In this document: piece after piece, positions 9,311-18,940 of the stretch
How the letters are laid out: every line of letters starts with the position of its first letter
How positions within the stretch are numbered: the first letter of the stretch is position 1
Source: Cylindrospermopsis raciborskii Cr2010
Lineage (GTDB): Bacteria; Cyanobacteriota; Cyanobacteriia; Cyanobacteriales; Nostocaceae
Direction of reading: 5' to 3'
Assembly (NCBI RefSeq): GCF_003367075.2
Contig: NZ_CP065936.1
Span: forward strand, 1,500,001 to 1,532,000
Length of the DNA stretch: 32,000 nucleotides
Translations under genes and position numbers: made by a program
Notes under the pieces: model-generated
What the model was told of the DNA's origin: nothing
What the model saw: the letters and a program-made list of their open reading frames with translations, nothing else
The model's database searches: none

Positions 9311-11929
9311 ATGTATACAACCCAAAAAACTACAAACCCAGTCAAAACTTCAGAAGATCTACAAATTCTCATTCAAGAGGTTAAAACAGCTCAAGCCAAA
9401 TATGCCGAATATACCCAAGAACGGGTAGATCACATTTTTAAACAAGCTGCTCGTGCTGCTAATGCGGGGAGAATACCCCTGGCCAAAATGGCAGTAGAAG
9501 AGACAGGAATGGGGGTTGTAGAAGATAAAGTAATTAAGAACCACTTTGCCTCCGAATATATCTACAACAAATACAAAAATGAAAAAACCTGTGGCATTAT
9601 CGAAGATGATAAACAGTTTGGAATTCAGCGAATTGCCGAACCTGTGGGCATATTAGCAGGGATTGTACCCACTACCAACCCCACCTCAACTGCTATTTTT
9701 AAAGCCTTACTGGCTCTTAAAACCCGTAATGGGATAATCTTTTCACCCCATCCTCGTGCCAAAAAATGCACAATTGAAGCGGCCAAAATAGTTCTGGATG
9801 CTGCAGTAGCAGCTGGAGCTCCTGCAGGAATTATTGGATGGATTGATGAACCAACAGTAGCATTATCACAACAGTTAATGCAGCATCCACAGATAAATTT
9901 AATTCTAGCCACTGGTGGACCTGCAATGGTTCGTGCAGCTTATTCTTCAGGTCATGCTTCCTTGGGTGTGGGTTCGGGTAATACCCCAGCAGTAATTGAT
10001 GAAACTGCCCATATTAAAATGGCAGTCTCTTCAATTTTGATTAGCAAGACTTTTGACAATGGCATGATTTGTGCTAGTGAGCAATCCGTAATAGTTTTAG
10101 ATGATGTTTACGAAGATGTGCGACAAGAATTTTTTAGCCGTGGTGCTTACTTCTTAAATGACCTAGAAAAGCAAAAGATTAGAGATTTAATTTTCATTAA
10201 TGGTCGGTTAAATCCAGAAATAGTTGGTCAATCTGTGGCCAAATTGGCTCAAATGTCTGGACTAGATATAGCTAAAGAAGCTAAAGTTTTAATTGCAGAA
10301 GTAGATGAAGTGGGCACCCAGGAACCATTATCTTATGAGAAACTTTCCCCCATTTTAGCTATGTACCGAGCCAAAAATTTTCTGGAAGCTGTAACTATAG
10401 CTGAAAAATTAATTGAGTTTGCTGGAATGGGACACACCTCTGTCCTTTATACAGCACCAGAAAGACGAGATAGAATTACGGAGTTTGAAAATACCCTGCG
10501 CACTAGTCGAGTGTTAGTTAATACGCCTTCATCTCAAGGTGCAATTGGTGATTTATATAACTTTCGTCTTGATCCCTCCCTTACTTTAGGGTGTGGTAGT
10601 TGGGGAAACAATTCCGTTAGTGATAATGTTGGTCCCCGTCACCTGATCAACATCAAAACTGTAACGGAAAGACGGGAGAACATGTTATGGTTTCGAGTTC
10701 CCCCAAAAGTATATTTCAAATATGGTTGTTTACCAGTTGCACTAGGGGACTTAAGAGGGAAAAGTCGGGCTTTGATTATTACAGATCAACCATTATTTGA
10801 ATTGGGAATCGCAACTAAAGTCAGCAGCGTACTGGAAGAAATTGGCATTAAGACCCAGGTGTTTTGTGATGTGGAACCTGATCCATCTTTAACTACGATT
10901 CATAAAGGACTAGCTCAAACTAATGGTTTTCAACCAGATGTAATTATTGCAGTTGGTGGTGGTTCCCCAATGGATGCAGCTAAGGTGATCTGGTTAATGT
11001 ATGAACATCCAGAAACGGAATTTGATGGGTTAGCGATGCGGTTTATGGATATTCGCAAACGAGTATACGAACTACCTAGCTTGGGACAAAAAGCCATATT
11101 TGTCGCCATTCCAACCACATCAGGAACCGGTTCAGAAGTGACACCATTTGCAGTGGTGACGGATGATCGAACGGGGATCAAATACCCTTTAGCTGATTAT
11201 GCACTAACTCCTAGTATGGCAATTGTGGATCCGGAATTAGTGCTAAATATGCCTAAGTCACTAACAGCTTATGGTGGAATTGACGCGCTGACTCATGCTC
11301 TTGAATCCTATGTTTCTATCTGCGCTTCTGAATACACTAAGGGATTGGCTTTAGAAGCAATTCGACTACTGTTTAAATACTTACCATCTGCATATAAAAA
11401 TGGAGTTAAAGATACTAAAGCTAGAGAAAAAGTTCATTATGCAGCTACAATAGCTGGCATGTCGTTTGCAAATGCTTTTTTGGGTATATGTCATTCCCTT
11501 GCCCATCAACTAGGTGCCCGATTCCATGTTCCCCATGGGTTGGCTAATGCTTTGATGATTTCCCATGTGATTCGCTACAATGCAACCGATGCACCTTTTA
11601 AACAGGCTATTTTTCCCCAATATGAATATCCAAATGCCAAGTGGCGCTATGCCAAAATTGCAGACCACTTACATTTGGGAGGTGCTACGGAAGATGAGAA
11701 GGTAGATCTATTAATTGCTGCTGTGGAAAAACTGAAACAGGATGTGGAGATTCCAGCAACTATTAAGGATGTGATTAAAACCGATGAAAAAACTTTCTAC
11801 GAGAAATTAGAAATAATGGCTGAGCAAGCATTTGATGATCAATGTACAGGTGCTAATCCCCGTTATCCACTGATTAGTGATTTACAGGATTTGTATATCA
11901 AGGCCTATTGGGGAAATTTGGGTCAATAA
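9311..11929 (+). CDS. adhE: Bifunctional acetaldehyde-CoA dehydrogenase / alcohol dehydrogenase AdhE
   Basis: About 872 aa counted from the ATG at 9311; the track ORF starts at a TTG at 9269. Long near-identities to E. coli AdhE as remembered include IPLAKMAV, EDKVIKNHFASEYIYN, GIVPTTNPTSTAIFK, LTLGCGSWGGN-like, GGGSPMDAAK and DDQCTGANPRYPLIS. Confidence 0.93.
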   Translation: MYTTQKTTNPVKTSEDLQILIQEVKTAQAKYAEYTQERVDHIFKQAARAANAGRIPLAKMAVEETGMGVVEDKVIKNHFASEYIYNKYKNEKTCGIIEDDKQFGIQRIAEPVGILAGIVPTTNPTSTAIFKALLALKTRNGIIFSPHPRAKKCTIEAAKIVLDAAVAAGAPAGIIGWIDEPTVALSQQLMQHPQINLILATGGPAMVRAAYSSGHASLGVGSGNTPAVIDETAHIKMAVSSILISKTFDNGMICASEQSVIVLDDVYEDVRQEFFSRGAYFLNDLEKQKIRDLIFINGRLNPEIVGQSVAKLAQMSGLDIAKEAKVLIAEVDEVGTQEPLSYEKLSPILAMYRAKNFLEAVTIAEKLIEFAGMGHTSVLYTAPERRDRITEFENTLRTSRVLVNTPSSQGAIGDLYNFRLDPSLTLGCGSWGNNSVSDNVGPRHLINIKTVTERRENMLWFRVPPKVYFKYGCLPVALGDLRGKSRALIITDQPLFELGIATKVSSVLEEIGIKTQVFCDVEPDPSLTTIHKGLAQTNGFQPDVIIAVGGGSPMDAAKVIWLMYEHPETEFDGLAMRFMDIRKRVYELPSLGQKAIFVAIPTTSGTGSEVTPFAVVTDDRTGIKYPLADYALTPSMAIVDPELVLNMPKSLTAYGGIDALTHALESYVSICASEYTKGLALEAIRLLFKYLPSAYKNGVKDTKAREKVHYAATIAGMSFANAFLGICHSLAHQLGARFHVPHGLANALMISHVIRYNATDAPFKQAIFPQYEYPNAKWRYAKIADHLHLGGATEDEKVDLLIAAVEKLKQDVEIPATIKDVIKTDEKTFYEKLEIMAEQAFDDQCTGANPRYPLISDLQDLYIKAYWGNLGQ

Positions 11930-11969
11930 ATAAAGAAGGGAAATGGGGAATATGTGAGAATTGAATTAG

Positions 11970-14264
11970 ATGACATTGGAGGTAATTATGATAGCAAATG
12001 TAGAACATTCAACGCAAAATATATCCGACAGTAATTTACATCCACAGTGGCAAGATTTTTGTGGTGGTAACTGGGATGAACAAATTAATGTTCGGGATTT
12101 TATTCAATGTAATTATCAACCCTATACGGGAGATGATAGCTTTTTAACTGCTCCAACTGAACGCACTCAGAAATTATGGACTATGGTCTGTGATTTGATG
12201 AAATTAGAGCGAGAAAAAGGAATCTTAGATGCTGATACTAAAGTGCCATCAAATATTGTTTCTCATGCTCCCGGTTATATTGATTCTCATCTAGAGCAGA
12301 TTGTGGGGTTACAAACGGAAAAACCCCTAAAACGAGCTATTATGCCTTTTGGTGGTATTCGGGTGGTAAAAAACTCCTTAGAATCCTACGGTTATCACCT
12401 TGATGCTCAAACGGAAGAAACATTCACAAAATATCGTAAAACCCATAATGATGGTGTTTTTGACGGTTACACCCAAGAAATGAAATTGGCTAGACATTCT
12501 GGGATTATTACTGGATTACCAGATGCTTATGGGAGAGGAAGAATTATTGGTGATTATCGTCGGGTAGCATTGTATGGAGTTGATCGGTTAATTCTGGATA
12601 AAAAAGAACAGTTAGCCTCATTAGAATCAGATGATATGCTAGAGTCTACAATTAGACTACATGAGGAACTTGTTGAGCAAATTCGAGCCTTAACAGAATT
12701 GAAAGTTATGGCTAATAGCCACGGATTTGATATTAGTTTACCTGCTGCTAGTGCTAAGGAAGCTGTACAGTGGACATACTTTGCTTATTTGGGTGCTGTT
12801 AAAGAACAAAATGGTGCAGCTATGTCCTTGGGTAGGGTTTCTACATTCCTAGATATCTACTTTCATCGCGATTTAAAAAATGGGATTCTGACAGAATCTG
12901 AAGCTCAGGAAATCATCGATCATTTTGTAATTAAACTGCGCATGGTAAGGTTTTTAAGAACGCCTGAATATAATCAATTATTCTCCGGTGATCCCACCTG
13001 GGTAACAGAATGTATTGGTGGAATGGGTGAAGATGGTAGGACTCTGGTGACAAAAAGTAGTTTCCGATTTCTCCACACCTTATCTAATTTAGGCACTGCA
13101 CCAGAACCAAATTTAACTATCTTGTGGTCACAGGATTTGCCGATTAATTTTAAACATTTTTGCACCAAGGTATCTATTAACAGCAGTTCCATTCAGTACG
13201 AAAATGATGATCTCATGCGCCCAGAATATGGGGATGATTATGGCATTGCTTGCTGTGTTTCTGCCATGAAAATTGGTAAACAAATGCAATTTTTTGGAGC
13301 TCGTGCCAACTTAGCTAAGGCTTTATTATATGCTATTAATGGTGGTAAAGATGAAAAAACTGGGCAGTTAATTGTTGCAGGTTTTGATGCCATTACTTCA
13401 GAATATTTGGATTACTCAGAAGTAGTAGATAAGTTTGATAAAATTATGAACTGGTTGGCTAGGTTATATGTAAACACGCTCAATGTGATTCACTATATGC
13501 ACGATAAATACTGTTATGAACGTTTGGAAATGGCGTTACATGATCGTGATATTTATCGAACCTTGGCTTGTGGAATTGCTGGCTTATCCGTAGTAGTAGA
13601 TTCCCTTTCAGCAATTAAATATGCCAAAGTCAAGGTAATTCGAGATGAAAAAGGCTTGGCAATAGATTATGCTATTGAGGGGAATTATCCTCAGTTTGGT
13701 AATAATGACCATCAAGTTGACGAAATAGCTGTCAATCTTGTTCGCAGTTTTATGGATAAACTGCGTCAACAAAAAACCTATCGTCAAGCAGTACCAACCC
13801 AATCAATTTTAACAATTACCTCCAATGTGGTTTATGGCAAAATAACTGGTAACACCCCTGATGGGAGAAAAGCTGGCGAACCTTTTGCTCCCGGAGCAAA
13901 TCCCCTACATGGTAGAGATACAAAAGGAGCGATCGCATCTTTAGAATCCGTAGCCAAACTTCCTTATCAACACGCTCAAGATGGAATTTCTTACACTTTT
14001 TCTATTGTTCCCAATGCTTTAGGTAAAAATTCCCAAGACAAAATTAATAATCTACGAGGAATGCTGGATGCTTATTTCTATAATGGTGGTCATCATATCA
14101 ATGTCAACGTTCTAGACCAAGATATACTTGTTGATGCTATGGAACATCCAGAAAAATATCCTCAACTGACAATTCGTGTTTCTGGATATGCTGTAAATTT
14201 CATTAAGTTAACTCGGGAACAGCAATTAGATGTGATTAAACGGACATTCCACAAAAGCATTTAA
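11970..14264 (+). CDS. pflB: Formate C-acetyltransferase (pyruvate formate-lyase) PflB
   Basis: 764 aa. An alternative start ATG at 11988 is preceded by GGAGG. The glycyl-radical motif is TIRVSGYAV, the active-site Cys pair is in IACCVS, and [16 protein letters not shown] is present. Similarity to E. coli PflB is very high throughout. Confidence 0.95.
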   Translation: MTLEVIMIANVEHSTQNISDSNLHPQWQDFCGGNWDEQINVRDFIQCNYQPYTGDDSFLTAPTERTQKLWTMVCDLMKLEREKGILDADTKVPSNIVSHAPGYIDSHLEQIVGLQTEKPLKRAIMPFGGIRVVKNSLESYGYHLDAQTEETFTKYRKTHNDGVFDGYTQEMKLARHSGIITGLPDAYGRGRIIGDYRRVALYGVDRLILDKKEQLASLESDDMLESTIRLHEELVEQIRALTELKVMANSHGFDISLPAASAKEAVQWTYFAYLGAVKEQNGAAMSLGRVSTFLDIYFHRDLKNGILTESEAQEIIDHFVIKLRMVRFLRTPEYNQLFSGDPTWVTECIGGMGEDGRTLVTKSSFRFLHTLSNLGTAPEPNLTILWSQDLPINFKHFCTKVSINSSSIQYENDDLMRPEYGDDYGIACCVSAMKIGKQMQFFGARANLAKALLYAINGGKDEKTGQLIVAGFDAITSEYLDYSEVVDKFDKIMNWLARLYVNTLNVIHYMHDKYCYERLEMALHDRDIYRTLACGIAGLSVVVDSLSAIKYAKVKVIRDEKGLAIDYAIEGNYPQFGNNDHQVDEIAVNLVRSFMDKLRQQKTYRQAVPTQSILTITSNVVYGKITGNTPDGRKAGEPFAPGANPLHGRDTKGAIASLESVAKLPYQHAQDGISYTFSIVPNALGKNSQDKINNLRGMLDAYFYNGGHHINVNVLDQDILVDAMEHPEKYPQLTIRVSGYAVNFIKLTREQQLDVIKRTFHKSI

Positions 14265-14297
14265 CATCCAACAATTCTGATAAAAAAGGTAAAAACT

Positions 14298-14744
14298 ATG
14301 GGAACCGCAATAGTCATTGGTTATGGTAACGAATTATTTGGTGATGACGGAATAGGACCACTAATAGCCAAAGTGATACAAAGGTGGCGTTTACCATGCG
14401 TCCAATCACTTGCGGTTCACCAGTTAACACCTGAACTAGCTGAACCCATAGCTAATTCTCGATTAGCAATTTTTGTGGACACTTGTATTAATTCCCTGTA
14501 TAATCAGGTTCAGGTACAATCACTATTACCATCACCGCTGAATTACACTCACACCCATAGCAGTGATCCACAATCTCTACTAACTTTATCTCAATTTCTC
14601 TATGGTAATTGTCCTTCCGCGTGGTTAGTCATAGTCCCAGGAGAAAAATTTCAATTGGGTGACCCTATTTCACCCCTGGGAAAAAAGGCCATAGGGATCG
14701 CCCTCAATAAAATCACTCAAAAACTAGACACATTAGTTCATTGA
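14298..14744 (+). CDS. Hydrogenase maturation endopeptidase (HoxW/HupW/HybD family)
   Basis: 148 aa. The N-terminal VIGYGNELFGDDGIG signature is present. Candidate metal ligands are D in IFVDTC and H in HTHSSDP. Confidence 0.75.
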   Translation: MGTAIVIGYGNELFGDDGIGPLIAKVIQRWRLPCVQSLAVHQLTPELAEPIANSRLAIFVDTCINSLYNQVQVQSLLPSPLNYTHTHSSDPQSLLTLSQFLYGNCPSAWLVIVPGEKFQLGDPISPLGKKAIGIALNKITQKLDTLVH

Positions 14745-14780
14745 TTGAGGTAAGTACATGTTAAAAAACAAGGAGCAGTC

Positions 14781-17549
14781 ATGGAAACATCTATACCCTT
14801 GAGATTAGATAAAGCATCTGATATATTGCGCACTGAGAAAACTAGTGCACTGGATGGGATCTTTGCACCCCAAACCGTAGCAGTTATTGGTGCAAGTGAA
14901 AAACCTGGGAGTGTGGGTAGAACCTTGTTATGGAACTTAATTACCAATCCATTCAATGGTACAGTTTTCCCCATTAATCCCCATCGTCACAGTGTATTGG
15001 GTATAAAAGCCTATCCAACAATTTTTGATATTTCCGAAAAAATTGACCTAGCTGTAATTGCTACTCCTGCACCCACAGTGCCAAAAATTATTGCCGACTG
15101 CGTGCAAGCTGGAATCAAAGGAGCAATTATTATTTCTGCTGGTTTTAAGGAAGCAGGTGAAAAAGGAATTGCTTTAGAGAAAGAAATATTATCTGTAGCA
15201 CAGGGAGGAAAGATCAGAATTATTGGACCAAACTGTTTAGGAATGATGAATCCCATTTCTGGTTTAAACGCCACCTTTGCTAGTAAAATGGCCCAACCAG
15301 GGAGTGTGGGTTTTCTGAGTCAAAGTGGTGCATTATGCACATCAATTTTGGACTGGAGTTTACAGGAAAATGTAGGTTTTAGCGCCTTTGTTTCCCTAGG
15401 TTCAATGTTAGATATTAGTTGGGGAGACTTAATTTATTATCTAGGAGACGATCCCCACACTAAAAGTATAGTTATTTATATGGAATCTATTGGTAATGCT
15501 CGTTCTTTTTTATCAGCAGCACGGGAAGTAGCATTAACCAAACCAATTATAGTAATTAAAGCAGGTCGTACAGCAGCAGCAGCAAAAGCAGCAGCTTCCC
15601 ATACGGGTTCATTAGCAGGAAGTGATGCGGTTTTAGATGCAGCATTTAAAAGATGTGGAGTATTAAGGGTTAATAGTATTTCTGATTTATTTGATATGTC
15701 AGAAGTATTAGCAAAACAACCTTATCCTCAAGGTCCTAGATTAACCATTCTCACCAATGCGGGTGGACCGGGAGTATTAGCGACGGACTCATTGATAGAA
15801 AGTGGGGGAGAACTAGCAGCAATTTCTCCCCAAACTATGGAAAATTTAAATCATATATTACCTCCCCAATGGAGTCATAATAACCCCATAGATATTTTGG
15901 GAGATGCGGATCCACAACGTTATACAAAAGCCTTAGAAATTGCCAGTAAGGATACCAATAGTGATGGTTTATTAGTAATTTTGACTCCTCAAGCTATGAC
16001 TGATCCCACCAAGATTGCTGAGGAATTAAAGCCCTATTCTCAAATGCAGGACAAACCTATTTTAGCCAGTTGGATGGGTGGAGAGGATATTGCAGAAGGG
16101 CAAAAAATTCTCAACCTTGAGGGGATTCCCACATATTCCTATCCTGATACTGCTGCTAGGATATTTAGTTATATGTGGCGCTATAGTTATAACTTAAAGG
16201 GTATTTATGAAACCCCCGTATTACCCGCATTGGAATGTGATAGTAATACTCGCAATTGTGGTTTAGTGACAACTATTATTGCAGAAGCTAGAAAAGCGGG
16301 AAGAACAATTTTAACTGAATTTGAATCCAAGGAAATTTTAGCAGCTTATGGCATTCCAGTAGTGGGAGGAACCATTGCCAAAAGTGCACAAGAAGCGATA
16401 GAATGGGCGGAAAAAATTGGCTATCCTGTAGTATTAAAATTGTATTCCCATACAATTACCCATAAAACGGATGTGGGGGGAGTTCAGTTAAATTTAAGAA
16501 ATGCTGAATCAGTAAAAAAAGCCTATCATTTTATAGAAACCTCAGTTTTAGAAAAAGCTAGACCAGAGGATTTTTTAGGTGTAACCGTACAACCCATGGT
16601 CAAAACTAATGGGTATGAATTAATTATTGGTAGTAGTCTGGATCCCCAATTTGGTCCAGTATTATTATTTGGCACCGGAGGACAATTGGTAGAAGTCTTT
16701 CAAGATAGTTCTATTGCTCTACCACCCCTAAATACCACCCTAGCACGTCGGATGATGGAGCAGACTAAAATTTATCAAGCTTTAAGGGGGGTCAGGGGTA
16801 GACAAAGTATTGATATGCAAGCTTTAGAGGAACTGTTAGTAGTCTTTAGTCATTTGGTAGTAGAACAACCGTGGATTAAAGAAATAGATATTAATCCTTT
16901 ATTAGCAATTCCCCCCACACCCGATCATCCAGGTGGTTTAATCGCATTAGATGGCAGAATAGTATTACATCCAGCTGAGATGGAAGAGCAGCAATTACCT
17001 AAATTAGCAATTCGTCCCTATCCCCATCAATATGTGTCCAATTGGAGATTGAAAAATGGTAGGGAGGTGATTATTCGTCCTATTCGTCCTGAGGATGAAC
17101 CATTGATGGTCAAATTTCATCACACATTATCGGAAGAAACTATTTATTTTCGTTATTTTCATCTAATCAAATTAAGTCAAAGAGTTACCCATGAAAGACT
17201 GACCAGGATCTGTTTTATTGATTATGACCGGGAAATGGCCTTAATTGCTGAACAGGAAGACCCACATACTCAACAGAAGGAAATTTTAGCAGTAGGAAGA
17301 TTAAGTAAATTACATGGTAGTAATAGTGCGGAATTTGCCATGCTGGTCACTGATGGTTACCAGCGCAACGGGTTAGGTACAGAAATTCTCACAAGGTTAA
17401 TGGAAATAGCCAAGAATGAGAAAATATCTGTGATTTTTGCTGAGATCCTAGCAGAAAATATAGCCATGCAGAAGGTATGTCAAAACTTGGGTTTTGAGAT
17501 TTTTCCAACTGAGGATGGAACTATCTTGAAAGCAGAAATCTATCTATAA
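14781..17549 (+). CDS. ADP-forming acetyl-CoA synthetase-like (CoA-binding + ATP-grasp) fused to a C-terminal GNAT acetyltransferase (Acd/Pat-type)
   Basis: 922 aa. The CoA-binding N-terminus is [14 protein letters not shown]. The phosphohistidine-loop motif is [11 protein letters not shown]. An ATP-grasp region is present (GYPVVLKL...HKTDVGGV). The C-terminal GNAT motif is [10 protein letters not shown]. Confidence 0.8.
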   Translation: METSIPLRLDKASDILRTEKTSALDGIFAPQTVAVIGASEKPGSVGRTLLWNLITNPFNGTVFPINPHRHSVLGIKAYPTIFDISEKIDLAVIATPAPTVPKIIADCVQAGIKGAIIISAGFKEAGEKGIALEKEILSVAQGGKIRIIGPNCLGMMNPISGLNATFASKMAQPGSVGFLSQSGALCTSILDWSLQENVGFSAFVSLGSMLDISWGDLIYYLGDDPHTKSIVIYMESIGNARSFLSAAREVALTKPIIVIKAGRTAAAAKAAASHTGSLAGSDAVLDAAFKRCGVLRVNSISDLFDMSEVLAKQPYPQGPRLTILTNAGGPGVLATDSLIESGGELAAISPQTMENLNHILPPQWSHNNPIDILGDADPQRYTKALEIASKDTNSDGLLVILTPQAMTDPTKIAEELKPYSQMQDKPILASWMGGEDIAEGQKILNLEGIPTYSYPDTAARIFSYMWRYSYNLKGIYETPVLPALECDSNTRNCGLVTTIIAEARKAGRTILTEFESKEILAAYGIPVVGGTIAKSAQEAIEWAEKIGYPVVLKLYSHTITHKTDVGGVQLNLRNAESVKKAYHFIETSVLEKARPEDFLGVTVQPMVKTNGYELIIGSSLDPQFGPVLLFGTGGQLVEVFQDSSIALPPLNTTLARRMMEQTKIYQALRGVRGRQSIDMQALEELLVVFSHLVVEQPWIKEIDINPLLAIPPTPDHPGGLIALDGRIVLHPAEMEEQQLPKLAIRPYPHQYVSNWRLKNGREVIIRPIRPEDEPLMVKFHHTLSEETIYFRYFHLIKLSQRVTHERLTRICFIDYDREMALIAEQEDPHTQQKEILAVGRLSKLHGSNSAEFAMLVTDGYQRNGLGTEILTRLMEIAKNEKISVIFAEILAENIAMQKVCQNLGFEIFPTEDGTILKAEIYL

Positions 17550-17550
17550 C

Positions 17551-17660
17551 TGGGTGGGTAGAATTAAATATAAGATGAACGTAGGTTGGGTTGAAGTATG
17601 AAACCCAACGCCCGCATGGGTCTCGTTCCTCCACCCATCCTACAAATAATTGTGCCTCCC
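17551..17660 (-). mobile_element. MITE-like dispersed repeat, full-length copy M1 (inverted relative to M2)
   Basis: The reverse complement aligns end to end with 25848-25960. The first 28 nt are identical, as is the core acccatgcggg.gttgggtttcatacttcaacccaacctacgtt.atcttatatttaattc. It has imperfect terminal inverted repeats (GGGAGGCACAATTA... / ...TAATTCTACCCACCCA) and two internal hairpins. It starts 1-2 nt after the acd stop codon. Confidence 0.6.
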
Positions 17661-17871
17661 TAATTACTAAGATCTGACATCGAGGTTGGAAATTGAGGAG
17701 CTCGCTTTTGGGATTTATTTTGATTTACGGAACTAATCCCAGATTTAATAAAGTTCACAAATACTTGTTCAACTTTTTCATATTCCTCCAATTTTAGAGA
17801 TGGCGATGGTGCCCCAACTACCTGAACCATTTTTTTAAAAACTATAAGGAATCAGGGCTAAGAGGTGTTCA

Positions 17872-18912
17872 TCATCTAATCCTCACAAATCCAGATTTTT
17901 CAATTAATTCCTGACCCTCATTGGTTAAAAGCCAGTTGGCGTATGCTTCTCCCACCTGTTGATCTATTTGATTATTCTGCTTAGTTATAACAAACAAATT
18001 TCGGGTTATGGGATAGTTACCATTGCGAAAATCTTCAATGTTTAACCGGTTGCGCTCTTTAGGACAGTTGAAGCGAGGAACCTCTGGTTTTTGATAGGGC
18101 GCTATAAATTTTCCACTAACTCTACCCACTGGTAAGGATTTGACCCCACATTGGGGAACAACCTCGGGTGCAGAACCATAGTAAATTCCCCCGGGAGTAG
18201 CATCTATTTTCCTCAGAGCTTCCGTTGTCGTACCAATATAAATTACCTGAGCGCCAAAGTTCTCCTTATTTAGGATATTTTCCACAAAAAACTCCACTGT
18301 ACCGCCAGCTTGTTTATCACGAGAGATGGGCTTAATCCCTAAATTAGGACCCCCTACCTGTTGCCAATTGGTAATTTTACCGGTATAAATATCTTTGATT
18401 TGAACAATGGTTAGTCCAGGAATATTCAAACTATGATTAACTGCGATCGCAATGCCATCAATTCCCACAGGAATCTCTCGCAGACTAAAACCTTTTTGTT
18501 GAGCTTTGACATTTTCTTCTGGTTTTAATGGACGGGAAGACTGAGAAAAAGTTAGTTGATTATCTATCAACATTCGAATACCTGTTCCTGAACCTGGACT
18601 CTGATTTACAGGTTGGGTGTAGCGCAGGATAAACTGGGGGCAATTCCGCTGCAAAATACTATCAGCAATTGTACGCACGGGTGCCCAGGTTGTACTTCCA
18701 CCATAGCTATATGTTCCTTCTAGTGAGTTTGATATATCACAAGTGTTAAAAACCTTGAAAATATTAAATTTTTGGGCTGAGTTTTGATTATTAGTTTGAT
18801 GGTTCACAATTTGTCCCCACCGTTCCATTAGAAACCATGAACCTCCAAAAATTAGGGTGGTGGTAGCAACTAGAGATAGCAGATTAATTAAGGTTTGGTT
18901 TTTTTGAGTCAT
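17872..18912 (-). CDS. PstS-family (PBP_like_2) periplasmic substrate-binding protein with an N-terminal membrane anchor
   Basis: 346 aa with an N-terminal hydrophobic helix. YGGSTTWAP and SPGSGTGIRML are motifs typical of phosphate-binding-protein-like domains. No permease or ATPase partner lies adjacent. Confidence 0.7.
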   Translation of the reverse strand: MTQKNQTLINLLSLVATTTLIFGGSWFLMERWGQIVNHQTNNQNSAQKFNIFKVFNTCDISNSLEGTYSYGGSTTWAPVRTIADSILQRNCPQFILRYTQPVNQSPGSGTGIRMLIDNQLTFSQSSRPLKPEENVKAQQKGFSLREIPVGIDGIAIAVNHSLNIPGLTIVQIKDIYTGKITNWQQVGGPNLGIKPISRDKQAGGTVEFFVENILNKENFGAQVIYIGTTTEALRKIDATPGGIYYGSAPEVVPQCGVKSLPVGRVSGKFIAPYQKPEVPRFNCPKERNRLNIEDFRNGNYPITRNLFVITKQNNQIDQQVGEAYANWLLTNEGQELIEKSGFVRIR

Positions 18913-18940
18913 AAGTAGTTTTTTACCCTTTTTAAGTTCT

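Noticed and set aside
17660-17830. 56-codon minus-strand ORF (MVQVVGAPSPSLKLEEYEKVEQVFVNFIKSG...) 41 nt downstream of the PstS-like gene, with its stop codon at the edge of MITE copy M1
   Set aside because: It might be a third gene of the kinase operon or the stump of a gene truncated by the MITE. No family was recognized and there is no other support, so it is left uncalled.
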